The notes under the pieces were generated by a model. The model did not search any database and was not told where the DNA came from. It worked only from the letters and a program-made list of their open reading frames with translations. A stretch of DNA of 64,000 bases, taken from positions 7,254,001 through 7,318,000 of the forward strand of contig JAQFVV010000008.1 of NCBI GenBank assembly GCA_028023455.1, read 5' to 3'. This DNA is from Epiperipatus broadwayi. Taxonomy: Eukaryota; Animalia; Onychophora. This document shows, one piece after another, positions 13,190 through 26,139 of this stretch. Every line of letters starts with the position of its first letter. Within the stretch, counting starts at the first letter, position 1. The translations under genes were made by a program, and so were the position numbers.

Positions 13190-14990
13190 TTGCTAAATAG
13201 TTAAAGTTTCAGTATAATAATAAGTACTTTACTAAGACCTTGTTCTTTCTCAAATCATAAAAATGTGTGTGAAAGATATAAAATTAATTAAATGATAACA
13301 TTTAAAAAAAATTATGGAGATCTTTTGACACATCTTGAAAAGAAAATGAAAATATTAATTTATACTATTGATTTAGATTTAAAAACTAAGAACTTTTTTA
13401 CAGCTAGAGACAAATCTTCATTTTATCCAAAGTTATACAGTTTACCAAAAATTCACAAACCAGTTATTCCTTCAATTCCAAATGCAGTTGGTTCACCAAC
13501 ACAGACACTATCTCATTTTCTATCTTCTTTTCTGCAGCCACATTTAACAGAAATGTCATCTTATGTTAATGATGCAAATTATTTTCTTAAGTTTATTCAA
13601 GATATTAAATTAACTAAAAATTATATTTTGGTAAGTTTTGATATTATTTTGCCTTTTTAATAGTGTACCTATAAAGGAAGCCTTGGAAGTTTTGAAAAAT
13701 ATTCAATTGTCTGATTTTGTTGTGAGTTTGATTGAACACTGCTTGTTAAATACATTTTTTTTTGTTTTTGATAGTCAGATGTATAAACAAACATCAGGTT
13801 TTGCTATGGGTTCACCAATTTCTCCAGCATTGGCTTCTATTTTTATGGAGAATTTTGTATCAGCAGTTAAAAATCCATCTGTATCACTGAGGTATATTGA
13901 TGATACCTTTGTTATTTGGCTTTATAGTAAGAATGCTCTTGATGAATTTTTAATTTTCTTAAATTCTTTTCACAACAGCATCAAATTTATGGAAATAGAA
14001 AATAATAGCCAACTTCTATTCTTAGATGTTTTAAATGAAAGAAAGAAGGATGGTTCATTATCTCATGTTATATCTAGAAAGCAAATACATACTGGGAGAT
14101 ATCTACTTTTTTTCTCATCACAATCCAGCACAATTATTTCAGTGGCAAAGACATTGTTAGATAAAACTAAAAGACTTTCTGACAACAGCCATTTTCACCC
14201 TATTAAAAAAATGCTTCTTCATAATGATTTTGATCACAGAATTATTAACAAGGCTTTTTTTATATAATAAGAAAAAGATTTTGATATTTTAAAAATTAAG
14301 ACTGTTCTGCCATGTATAAAGGGAGTAACTGATAAAATTGATAATGTTTTTTAAAAAAATAATATCCACACAATTTGTACTACATTTAAAAAAATTAATG
14401 AAGTATTTCCACACCCTAAAGATAAAATTTCTTTAGAGTGTCATGGTATACATGAAATTCCATGTGGAGTTTGTTTACATTCATACATTGGACAGACCAG
14501 TGATCGAATAAACATAAGAAAGGAAGAACACATTTTCACAATTAGAGGAAAATCTAATTCTTCTGCTATTTATTCACACAAATTAACTAACCATGACATC
14601 ACTTTTAATAAAACATATTCTGGCAAAAATTGAATAATATGACCAGAGACTGCTAAGGGAAGCTATAGAGATTTTTAAAAGGCCTAACAACATAAATAAA
14701 AAGTGTAAATTAAAGAAAATTAATATCTGTAAAAAGTTATTAGAAAATAAAATATTTTTTAAAACTTCTCAATCAGTAGAATTTGAGAATGAGGAGAAAA
14801 TAACAAATGAAAAACATAACGATTTTAAATTTCACCACACATATTCTTATAATTTGAGAAAGAAGCTCTAAGGAAAATACTTGTTATTGTACTGAAACAT
14901 CAGCTATTTAGCTATTGTATTTTTATTACAAGGACATTCCCAGAAATAATTCTATGAATTCAACATTTATTCATAAGAATATTAGAATTA
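13190..14990 (+). mobile_element. Penelope-like element, 5'-truncated and decayed (RT + GIY-YIG endonuclease)
   Basis: RT motifs LYSLPKIHKP, LVSFDI, YKQTSGFAMGSPISP, RYIDDTF, FLDVL, HTGRYL (ORFs 13292-13660, 13638-14267). GIY-YIG region GIHEIPCGVCLHSYIGQTSDRINIRKEEH from ~14445. YNLR motif near 14848, then a hammerhead remnant. Confidence 0.93.
14864..14905 (+). ncRNA. Degenerate minimal hammerhead at the Penelope 3' end
   Basis: AGCT-CTAAGGA-A-AATAC TTGTTATT GTACT-GAAA-C AT C/AGCT. Stem I AGCT:AGCT is intact; the core carries G>A changes (expected CTGAGGA and GTC). The position matches the known hammerheads in Penelope pLTRs. Confidence 0.6.
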
Positions 14991-15010
14991 ATATATATAT
15001 ATGCTTGTAT

Positions 15011-15125
15011 TAATTGAAATTGCGCTTTACGCAAAAAAAGTGAAGCTTGTCTAAATCTTACAGAGTTATATGGCTATAAGATTTAGACAAGCTTCACTTT
15101 TTTGCGTAAAGCACAATCTCAATTA
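15011..15125. mobile_element. Small hairpin MITE-like element
   Basis: ~50-bp inverted arms (TAATTGAAATTGCGCTTTACGCAAAAAAAGTGAAGCTTGTCTAAATCTTA and its reverse complement, few mismatches) with a ~16-nt spacer. Confidence 0.7.
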
Positions 15126-15610
15126 ATTACTAATCAAAGGTGAAGTAAAAACTATTATTTTATTTCAATATATACTTGTATGAAGTTTAATAATTTTTTA
15201 ATCATAATATAATTCTTCATCCATGTCTTTATGTTTAATATCCACAGTTGCACTTAGCTGTACTTTAAAATACAAATTAGGAAAGAATGTTTTTTTCTAT
15301 ATTTTTAGTTTATAGTTGTATATTGTTGGAGAAAATAGTTGATGCAATTTTTTTCAATAAAGTTGCCATTTTTTTTAGGACAGGTAGAATATCATTTATA
15401 TGAAATTCCTGACTCAAGAACTTTTTGGGGTTTACAAGTCTTTTGGATTTCAGCTTTTCATCCCCTTGTCCATTATAAATCTTTGATATTTTATCAAACA
15501 CCCAAATTCTGCAGGAAATTTAAACAAGCATTAATTTTATTATTTGTAGTTTGTATAGAAATGTCTAAATATTTTATAAGCTATGTCACAACTCTGTTAT
15601 TAAAATGTGA

Positions 15611-16105
15611 ATAAATTTAAATGCAACAATAACACTGATTTTTATATGAGGAAAATTATATAAAATATAATGTTAATTCATTTTCAGTATTTTGAATATA
15701 TTCATATATATTGCTTACAATAACTCCCCTCATATACACTTTAATGCAAATTTTTTTTTAATGATTCCTTTATTTTCCAGACAGTTTCGACTGTCCTGCA
15801 GTCTTCATCAGAGGGATATTAATCTCCTCTACCTTGAAACTATCAGGAAAATAAAGGAATCATTAAAAAAAATGCATTAAAGTGTATATGAAGAAATGCA
15901 AAGAAAATAAAAGGAGAAAAATAAGAATATTTTGAATATAACATTTGCCTTTGAAAAAAGTGCTAAGCATTAAAAATGCATAATGGTTATAATTAATGTT
16001 CATAATATTTTTCTGTGTAAAAAGCACTGTCATTATTGCATTTAATTTATTATAAATTCTTTCTGTATATTGTATAAATTTATTGTACTAATAACAATAT
16101 AAACC
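15611..16105. mobile_element. Family E fold-back repeat with minimal hammerhead (pLTR-derived)
   Basis: Inner inverted arms 15731-15788 and 15836-15890; outer arms ~15612-15648 and ~16017-16050. Candidate TSD ATTAAAATGTGA at 15599-15610 and 16106-16117. Confidence 0.7.
15776..15816 (-). ncRNA. Minimal type I hammerhead with intact core (family E)
   Basis: Minus strand reads ATCCCT-CTGATGA-A-GACTG CAGGA CAGTC-GAAA-C T GTC/TGGA. Stem II is a perfect 5 bp and the triplet is GUC. The first stem I pair is mutated here but is AGG in the mirror arm (15845-15847). Confidence 0.8.
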
Positions 16106-16949
16106 ATTAAAATGTGATACAAAATTTTTACACAGCATTAATTAAAACATTAATTTAGTTTCATTGAATAACATTCTCCTCTTATTTTCTTCTTTAGAAT
16201 GTCAGACAACTTTTTTAATGACCCTCTTTTTTCTCCATTTAGCAATTGAATATAATATTTTTTAAAAGCTAAAAAAAATGTTGAAAAATTGGTTATTTGC
16301 CTTCCAATGATTTAATAAAATAAAAGATTTTGAAAACTGTTATTTATTTTCAATGACACCCCAAAAATTAATAAATTTTGAAAAACAGTTCTTCTTTCTT
16401 AGGAGATTTTTTTCTCATCTACTGATCATGAATTAAGTAGAATCATTGGAATATAACATTAAAGATGAAACAGGCAGCTCACTGAAATTAGACATTAAAA
16501 TTCAGATATTTATTCAATTTGATTTTCTTTAATAAATGTGTATATATACTAATTTAGTTACTAATTATTTACTGATGTACATAATTTTTAAGAAATTTTA
16601 TCACAAGTGGGTAGGCATATTAATATATATACATTGTAACCAGACAACCCCCAACCCCACTCTTGGTTGGTTTTATTTCCTGATGAGCATATTGTAGTCA
16701 TTCCCCAATGCTCTTCAGAGGATGTAGCACCATAGAGACTGGAAACATCAAGAAATTTATCTGTTTAGTTTCCCAAACAGTGCCACTAGAGTTCCATCTC
16801 ACTACAACCTTACTTACAATCATCTGGTTATGCCAAACATAGCTCAGGAGACATGAGATTCTTGTGAGCAAGATGCAATGAATATCTAGTGATGCAAAAA
16901 TGGAACTAAACAGCTAATATTAATTTTTAATTACATCAATTTTGTTTAT

Positions 16950-17350
16950 AACAATTCATTGCACATTCTTCTAAGATAGTTCATTTGTATCCATGTGAAG
17001 ATTCCTATCAGTTCAATGAGATGAAGTCTATTTCATCTAGAAGCATTTTATTTAACAATAACTTATTGGCAGTTCCTTTTAATATAGTTCATTTGTATCC
17101 ATGTGAGAATTCGTTTTCAGTTCAATGAGAAGAAGTCTAGAAGCATTTTATTTAACAATAACTCATTTGCAAATCCTAATATAGTTCATTCATATCCATG
17201 TGAAGATTCATTTTTAATTCAATTATGAGAAGAAGTCCAAAAGCATTTTATTTAACAATAACTCATTTGCAAATCCTAATATAGTTCATTCATATCTATG
17301 TGAAGATTCATTTTTAATTCAATTATGAGAAGAAGTCCCAAAGCATTTTA
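16950..17350. repeat. Minisatellite, ~100-bp unit, ~4 copies
   Basis: ATAGTTCATT(T/C)..ATCCATGTGAAGATTC recurs at 16976, 17084, 17181 and 17281. Confidence 0.9.
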
Positions 17351-17650
17351 TTGTTCAGTTAAACATAAACATATATTTTTATAGATAAGTTTGTTATCAG
17401 CAATTTCATATTTGCAGAACATTTATAGTTTTCATTTAATTATTGTAATATATAGCATAGATATTTATTGTTCAGTTAAACATAAATATTTTGACAGATA
17501 AGTTTGTTATCAGTAATTTCATATTTGTAAAACATTTATAGTTTTCATTCAATTATTCCAATATATAGCATAGATATTTAGTTAAGCATATATGTATGTT
17601 TTTATAGATGTTTGTTATCAGCAATTTCATATTTGTAGAACATTTATAAT
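17348..17650. repeat. Minisatellite, ~115-bp unit, ~2.6 copies
   Basis: TTTGTTATCAG(C/T)AATTTCATATTTG...AACATTTATA recurs three times, directly abutting the previous array. Confidence 0.85.
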
Positions 17651-18589
17651 TTTGAACATATACGCAATTAAGGTTTTCTTATTATTCCATTAATTTTCTA
17701 TCGTAAACTTTATTATAAAATTAATAATTGATAGGTAAAACATTTTACTATTATAAAATTAATAATTAAATTATTTTTTAATGCTTACCTTTTAACTAGG
17801 GTCTTCATTTATTGCTGTTTTCTCTAAATAACTGGGGGGACGGTCTTGAACGAATGACACTGAAGGCTTGGAGTTCACATGGTGAGCCGATGGAGAGAGG
17901 ACAAGCATACTAACCATTGATGGTCATTTTAGGGTTTTTTATTAGTTTGTTTGATGACCTCATTTAGTCACTTTTTTAGTACTCCTGTAGCTAAATCTTG
18001 TGTCTCTGAATCAATTAACTATAATAATCCTCCTCCTACTGATTTTTCAGACTATTTATATTTTTTCTTCCCTGACAAATGGATTCAGCTTCTGTGTTCC
18101 TTTTCTCTTATTGGTAGCAGCTTTTTCCTCCTTGTCCACATTTTTTTTAATCTCCCAGATCATTGGACACTTTCTCTTTGGTGAGAACAGACTTTTAATT
18201 AGTGACTGTTTTTGAATATTTGCCTTCATGTGTTTTGATTCTTAACTTCTTATTGCCTGCAGCAGTGATTTGACACCTTAGAAGTTTTCTTCAATCTTAG
18301 ACCCAATGTTTAAAGATTTTTATTTAATTGATCTTTAACTTAAATTTATTAGTTTTAATAACAAAAGATTTATAAATAAACGTATTTGCTTTTTCTTTTT
18401 TAAAAAGTTTGAAACACTTTTAATTTGACCAAACCGTTAGGAATTAACAAATTATTTTAATCATGATCCAATTTCATTACTTCTTTCTTTTTCTTTTTTA
18501 AAATATATTGTTAGTCTTTTTAATTGGGGGGGAGGAGATCTTCTAAATATGTACATGAAACAGTATATCTGTTTCATTACCTCCCACCA

Positions 18590-21530
18590 AATTTGGGGAT
18601 GAAATCAGCTGGAAGTACAATTTATTCCATACAATATACATGTCATTTCTCATTACTGCATCTCTACTGGTTTTATATTTGCTTAAGATGAACTGGGAAA
18701 AGTGAATACATGAACTGTAGCCTCCAATATCAGAATAAGCAGATGGTTAAGCACAAACTACTAGTACACACTGCTCCATGATATCACGAGAAATCTTTTT
18801 TAAGCACTACCTCTCATACCCAGAGGGATCATCCAAATAAAAGTAGGATCCAGAAATAAAATATATTTGGCACTGATCCAACCCTGCTCATCTTCTGTGA
18901 GTCTTATGGGCTTAGTAATTTGGTCTATTTATGAGACCATGGCCTATTCATGAAACCAACATACACTGCTGGACTACTCTAGGAGATCAACATCCATCTC
19001 TGGATAGTGCCAAGCATATACTTCGGAGCATCATGAACACAATGCATTTAAACAGCCCTGCTCAACCATCCAACCACCTCAACATGAAAAACACAAATTC
19101 ATGTATCACTACATCCCACTCACAAACTTCTTCCATCAGCTATTTCTACAAAGAGTTGTAACAGTATTGCATTGAATGTTCCTTTTCTTTTCCTACTTCT
19201 GTTACTATAAATGCATTATTCCCATATTGCTTCACTATTGTATATGGGCTTTCATAAATATCCTGAAACTTCTTATATATGTTTCATTCAGGATGACTTA
19301 CTGGACATCTATGAACCATCACTCGATCTCCAACTTGAAAGGAGTGGGATGAGCTCACATATTTCTTCTTCCTCACTACTCTTTCTTAATTGTTGAAGAG
19401 CCTTTCTTGATCCTTCTTTTTATCAATAATGTCTGATACTATCAGAATTTTTGTACGATAAAACATGGGTATAGGTTTTTCATAATGAAGTTACACAGGT
19501 GCAAAACCTGTTGACAAATTCAGTGTCCAGTTAGTATAGCTGACTACTCGTTGAACCTGGTCAACCCATCCACAATGATTCGCATTCAAGTATACCCTGA
19601 ATAACCGACCCAGCTCCTGCATTATGCATTCACATAGGTTGGATTGAGAATTACAAATAGACATCAGTATATGCTTTATATTCTCCTTGCTGATCCATTT
19701 TCTCCATTTGGCAGAGACAAATGGGGTGCCATGATCAGAGATGATAAAATGTTGGTATTGTAACACTTTTATAGTGTTCCAGGCATTAGCCTGAGGTATG
19801 GGATATGCAACTACCCATTTAGTGAATATGTCATATCCAACCATTAAATACTTCATCCGACAAAATGGGGATAAGGGGTCATAGTAATCCACTCCTAGAA
19901 TTTCATTAGGCTCCCTTGCAAGAATTGGGTTCAAGGACCCTGAGTAGGATTTATTCAGTGGCTTGGTTATTTGGCAAATTTCACACCCTTTTATCAATGA
20001 CACTATATCTTTATATTGCTTTGGCCAATATAACCAATTTCATAACATGTGGTGAGTCTTCTCAGCACCATAATGTCCATATAATGTATAGGTATATATA
20101 ATAAGTGGAATGCGCATCTTTAAAGGCACTACAATTCACCACTGATTAGTGGAGGTACTGATGCAATATTCCAAACCCTTTTTCTGATTGCATATCATTT
20201 TCAAAGTTCTTCCACTGGGTTAGCTTCCTGATTCAGGTTCCTTTTCTGCTTTTCGATATTTTCAAACACTTGTCTACAATATGTGTCATTCTTTTGACAA
20301 TCTTACAGCTGGTGTACACTGGTTTCAACATCTTCTGCACTGATTAGACCTGCCACTGCAATACACACATTATCTGCACATAAATGTTGTTGTTCCAACT
20401 TAATGGGGTTTCAGCTTAATGCATCTGCAACTACATTGTCCAACTTTTTACAATATTGAACTGTATAATCAAATTCCTGAAGCAACAGGATCCACTTCAA
20501 CAAACAGCTATTGGTTAAGTAATTGTGGTTCAGGAATTCTAAACTTTTATGATCTGTAATAACGGCCACTTGTGACCCAAGGAGAAATTGACAGAACTTC
20601 TGGAAGGCCCATATAACTGCTAGAGCCTCCTTTTCTGTCACAGTATAATTCAACTCTGGGCCTTTTAATAACCGTCTAATAAAATATAAAACTCTCAGAT
20701 GATTATCTCCATGAACTTGGAACAAGGTAGCTCTCAGGCCATAGCCACTGTTATCCATTTGAAGATAAAATGACTGACTAAAGTCTGGGTAAGTTAACAG
20801 TACATTCTCAGAAACTTCTTCTTAATTGACTTAAAGTTCACTTCTTGTTCACTGATCCATCTTTATAAAACATTAAAAAAGTTGCAAAGCCTGAGGAAGG
20901 ATCTAATTTGCTTTTTTGTCTTGGGCTTTGGGAACTCTTGAATAGCCTGTATATTTTCATACTGTGGCCTGATGCCCTGATTGTTAATGATGTGGGCCAA
21001 AAATTTCACTTCCTCCACCATCAAGGTACTCTTCTTTATGTTGATTTTTATTCCCTTTTCTTTACACTCTTTAAAAAAAGTCCTAAATGTTGGAGGTGTT
21101 CTTCTAAATTCTCAGATGCAATGACCACATCATCAACATACATTATTACTAATTGCTTGATTTTATCCGATACTCTATCTAGACACTTCACCAGGCCAGA
21201 ATCATGTTTTTCAACCTGCAGGGCATCCTGTTAAATTGATATGAATATCCATTGTATCAGAATGCCGTATATCTCCTATCTTCGGTATGCAGCTTAATTG
21301 CCAGTAGCTGGCTGTAAGGTCAAGAGTGATAAAAATATTCTTCTCTCGAAATTTTATTAGTAACTCATAAATTGGAGGTGGTATATTATGATCTGGCACC
21401 ATTATTCTATTCAGTTTGATGGGCATCCAAGCATAAGTGGACAGTACCAACCTTTTTTCATGACTACTAGTGGATTTTTAAAAGGGGATGAACACTTGGA
21501 AATGATTCCCCATCCTATCATTTCTGTCAG
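18590..21530 (-). mobile_element. Decayed Ty3/Gypsy pol remnant (RT-RNase H-integrase)
   Basis: RT: FITLDLTASYWQL (21211-21450). RNase H: YTVTEKEALAVIWAF..TDHKSL..WILLLQEFDYTVQY..NVVADALS (20411-20758). Integrase: CEICQ..LGVDYYDP..ISDHGTPF (19491-20003). The domain order is Gypsy-type. Confidence 0.92.
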
Positions 21531-24000
21531 AATGTTTTGATTGTTCCACTTTATAAAAATTAAGGTAATAATCATGGAATCTTATTATTTTCCATGGTGG
21601 AAATACATTCAAGAATTTTATTACACAAATTACTTCCAGTCATAGGTGAAAAGATTTCCAAAGATTCGATATTGTTAAAGAATTAAAATTATTATAAACA
21701 TGGCTTTTGTTACAAGACAAATTAAATAATAGTGTCTGTCATAAGGCAAGGAATATGATTTAGCTAATGATACACAAAAATTTATTCATATTAAATAATT
21801 TCTATAAGTATTATTGGTCATAGTGAAAAATCTAAGGATTTAAAAATAAAACTGTCATTAAAAAGTGATATGTACTATCTTCAATTCTGCTTTCATTTTT
21901 ATGATAGAGATCTGTGAAACAGTTTATAGATGACTTTTTGAAGGAAAAAAACATTAAAATATGATATAGATTTAGTGGCATCATTTTTTTAAAATTTAAA
22001 CTGCTTAAAATCAAAAAATAACTTTATTTGACTTCCAAATATAGTGTGCTGATTATTGATATCAGGATATTCCTGAAAAATTTAAACTATTATAGGAATA
22101 TTTTTATTGAGTTAAAAAAAAGTTTAACTTGAATTTTATTAACTATAAATTAGAAATAAATATAAAAATTAAACAGAATTTTAGAATATAAAAGAAATGA
22201 TACAGAATAAAAATTTATCTATTTTAATATAATTAATTTTAAAAATTAAATTTTAATCAGGCTTATTTTGTAGTTGTGTTTTATGACTTTTAATAAATGA
22301 CTCTACACCCATATAATTTGATTGCTTCTTAATTTTCAGCCTCACTTGTGATTTTTTTAGATTGAAAGCTCAATTATGCCATTGTTTTATAATTTATTTA
22401 TAAAGTGGCTTAAAGATGATTCCCTACATTCAATATCTAATTATTTAGATAATTAATAGATGGGGTGGCTTTGTACTACTTATACATAAAGCTATAATAA
22501 ATATATTTTGTGTATAATCATTTTGAAAGGTTGTTAAATTGGATGTGAATGTTTTTTCTTATTTATGTATTTGTACAACATAACTTCATAATAAATAAAA
22601 AAATATTTTACTTATTTATTGTGCTCTTTTTAATGATGCTTAGAGTACATGCTCTATTTTCTCATTCAAAATATTTTTCTGTGTATATTATTGGGTAGTT
22701 TCCGGTTATGTATACCGTGGCCACTAGGTGACACTGCAGAACCACCAAGAAATCTGCAGGTGATAAATCTCTATACAAAAATGGCTGAAATTGATGGAAA
22801 ATTAAAATGTCTAAGGCAAAACATGCAAAAAAATTTAGATAGAAAGAGCATACATGGATATTCATAAGCAGCACTGATTGCAATGTGTTAATGGTTGATT
22901 TAGTAAGTTAAAAGATATAATAGTTCATCATAATGATATAACTATTTCAACTAAATAAATTGAAATAGGGATAAATCTGATCAAATAACAGCTCTTAATA
23001 CAATTAATGTATCTGAGACAGTTATATCACTGTAATGAAATATTGTGGGACATAAATCTCTATCAATGTAGCATAAAGCCATTTGAAAATTGTTATTTAC
23101 TAAAAACTCTGTAATATTTTGAAAATATGTTGAAAAGATCATAAAACTAATCGGTACAACCTTCACTTTGCCTGGTTATGATTATAATGATTTTACAATT
23201 GTAATAGCACATTTTAATCAAATCGAGCATATAAAATGGATAAACTACATAAATTTTATGATAAATTTAAGCATGTTTCACTGGAGGATATTGCTAATAG
23301 TAGAATACAACAGTGCTAAATTTAGGCAAAATGTTGAGATCTTAATAATTATGCTGTAACATAAATTAATTGCCTTGTTCTCTAACTCATAGATGAAAAC
23401 TAAATTAACTTGATTTCTCAGTTACAAAATTACTGCCTCTAGATTGGTGCAGTTATCAATTTGGCTGAATGCAAACTTATAGTTATAAATTTGTAAATAA
23501 TTTCTAAGTGCATAGTTATTTATAATTAAAAACATGAGTATTGTTTTATATTTAGTCAATTAATCTGATAAAATTTCTTCTCTCTTCAGAACTATAAATA
23601 AAAATTATAATTATGTATAGAATATTGAAAGGTATTATCATATTACACAAAGATTTCTATGCTTTTAAAATATTCATCAACCATTACACATCAATTTTTG
23701 TCTTCCTTTTAATATCAGCATTAAATTATAATACTATGGTCAATGTTTTACTTCTATTGATGATGAAAAACTGGTTATACATAATTTTATAATCTTGATG
23801 AGAATGCCCATATATTTGTTAAAGACTTACAATATGAATTTAGAACATTCTATTTTATAATGATTTGTTCTATGGCATTACCCATTTGAGATTTGCAGCC
23901 AGTGTATAGTGATATATCAGATAATGGTGTCATAACATATGTACTTATTTGTTTAATTTTGTGAGATTTTTTTGTGAAACAGTACCATTAATCTCTTTTT

Positions 24001-24860
24001 CGGAATAGAAGAATTTTGACAAATTCATACGCAAGGCTTTCAGATACAATAAGTAAACAAATATATATATATAGTAGTTTTGATTTTATGCCAACGCCCT
24101 TTAAAATAATTCAAAACTTTTTTGCAGTTTTTTTTATATTTATTAAGCAATAAAATAATTATAAAAGAAACTTAAAAATGATTTTATTGCATGCTAGAAA
24201 TTGTAGTTACCCTGCCATTAATGAGTTTCATCCCACTCTATGAACTAGACAAATCATTTCTATTTCATTCCGAATGCCACCAGTTTCCTGTTTAATTATA
24301 TTTTCACTAAGTATCCATTTACATATTGTTATTTTTGAAAATGTAAATCTTCGATTGGAAAATGCACTTTTTAAAGTGACGCAATATCATTTCTAATTGA
24401 AAGTGCGTGATCTAATAAAAACAAATCGTTTTTTGCTGACTACTCTAGATTAAGTTTTACGTAAACCTTATTAAAAAATTTTAATCAACGAGGCAAAAAA
24501 AAAAAAAACAACGAAAAGCACACTGCGAATGGAATGTTCAAATCAGGTAAGAATATGTATTTTAATTTACGATTTGAATAGCGTTCGAATTAAATATTTA
24601 AATGTACGGATAATGCAAATCAACTTTTCTCCTTGTGGAATATAAATTCTGCATTAATTACATTGTTGAAGATATATTGTGAAGAAGATAATATGAAAAG
24701 AACAAATAGGTTGAAATATTAAAAGATTTGTAGATGTGAATAAGTAATGTTTTACGGGGAAAATAAAATAAAATTACTGCGCATTGAAATTTCTAAAATT
24801 GCATTAAATGTGTTGGCCGTTTGAGATATATGAAATCAGAAGGATGAAACGTAATCATAA
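24001..24860. promoter_or_regulatory. CpG-retaining island, candidate promoter with a non-coding first exon (donor CAG|GTAAGA at 24546/24547)
   Basis: About 20 CpGs counted by eye in 860 bp, against 1-3 per kb in neighbouring decayed DNA. There is a strong plus-strand donor and no TE motif was recognised. Confidence 0.4.
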
Positions 24861-25936
24861 GGATAATCATTGCATTTTAAAAAGTGAAAATAAAAAAGAA
24901 GATATTTGGAAATAGCATAAAAGAATATTTAGCAAACTATAGATACAGGAATACTATTATTACAAAGTTCCATAAAGTAGAGTGATTTCTGATGATTATA
25001 CAAACGGCATTCTGTCTATACTTAAAATTTTCAAAGTAGAGCAGTTTATGATTGCTTTTTTCAGAAAACGTTTTTAGCTTTATACATTTACATTATTTTT
25101 AATACATTGTTTAATTCATACTCATATATATAGAAACAATAATTTTACCTTTGTTATATTTCAAATAGCATTTGTTTAAACTTTTTATTTCAAACAAAAA
25201 CTATATTTAAAGCAAACACTGTCTAACAACAACCGTTATTAATCCCATTTTATTAGATTAGAAATTATCATATTCTTTTAATCATTGAATAGACTTGATT
25301 TTTTTTTTTAATTAAAAGTCACGATAGTTTCCTTTTATTTAACAATTCAACTTAATCCATACATGTACAAGATTTATATTCACAGATTTCACAAGTATTG
25401 CTTATATTTTTCAAAATATGGCAAATATTGGAAATAAATAGTTCTTAATACGCATTTAGACTAAATCATTCTCTTCACTTAAGCAAGCTAAATTACATAT
25501 TTTCCAAAGTTATATAGCATTGTTTCTCTACTTATTTAATGTTAATATGTAGTATCAAAAATATTCGGGACTGGAGAACTTTGTAAGGTAGTATGGGCTA
25601 ACTGAAGAGACGATTCATTTGAAATGCATATTGTAATTCTTTTCTATATTTTTTCCAGACTTTAACTGTATGTTTAAAGTATAAGTGCTGACGCTTTTAA
25701 AATATAAATAAGCTCTTACACAAGAATGGAGGCAGTTGAATAATTAAATAAAATGTACTGATTTTGCTTATATAAAATAAAAACATATATGTGATTTTTA
25801 ATAAAGAAAAAAGATCAATGCCTATTCTAGGTTAAAGAAATGTGATACTTTTTAACCTAATAAAAAGTGATGAATAACCATATATATATATTTATTTAAA
25901 GACTGTTGTCAAATAATACTCGCATTAATAAAAGCA

Positions 25937-26139
25937 ATTCAAAACAAAACAACACTCTCCATATAGTAGTGCCATCTTGTGCTAACAAGAGCAATCAATG
26001 GATGCCAGAAGGCTTGTGCATAAAATCCCTATCTAGTGCCTACTCATCCAATATCCCCAGACTACTATATGGAGAGTGTTGTTTTGTTTTGAATTGTTTA
26101 ATAACAATTATTGTGCTAGTATGAGATAGTGATCATGTG
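25937..26139. mobile_element. Family B locus B2, head-to-head inverted
   Basis: The minus arm (to ~26065) starts at the predicted hammerhead cleavage site; the plus arm is 26063-26139. A perfect 35-bp inverted repeat lies at ~25935-25969 and 26063-26097. Exact 13-bp TSD ATTAATAAAAGCA at 25924-25936 and 26140-26152. Confidence 0.85.

Noticed and set aside
17900-18520. Possible LINE ORF1 fragment on the minus strand
   Set aside because: Lys-rich decayed coding appearance without a diagnostic motif.
25597-25634. Hammerhead-like CTGAAGA..GAAATGCATA
   Set aside because: Stem III is palindromic but stem II does not pair and stem I is only 2-3 bp, so it is not distinguishable from chance.
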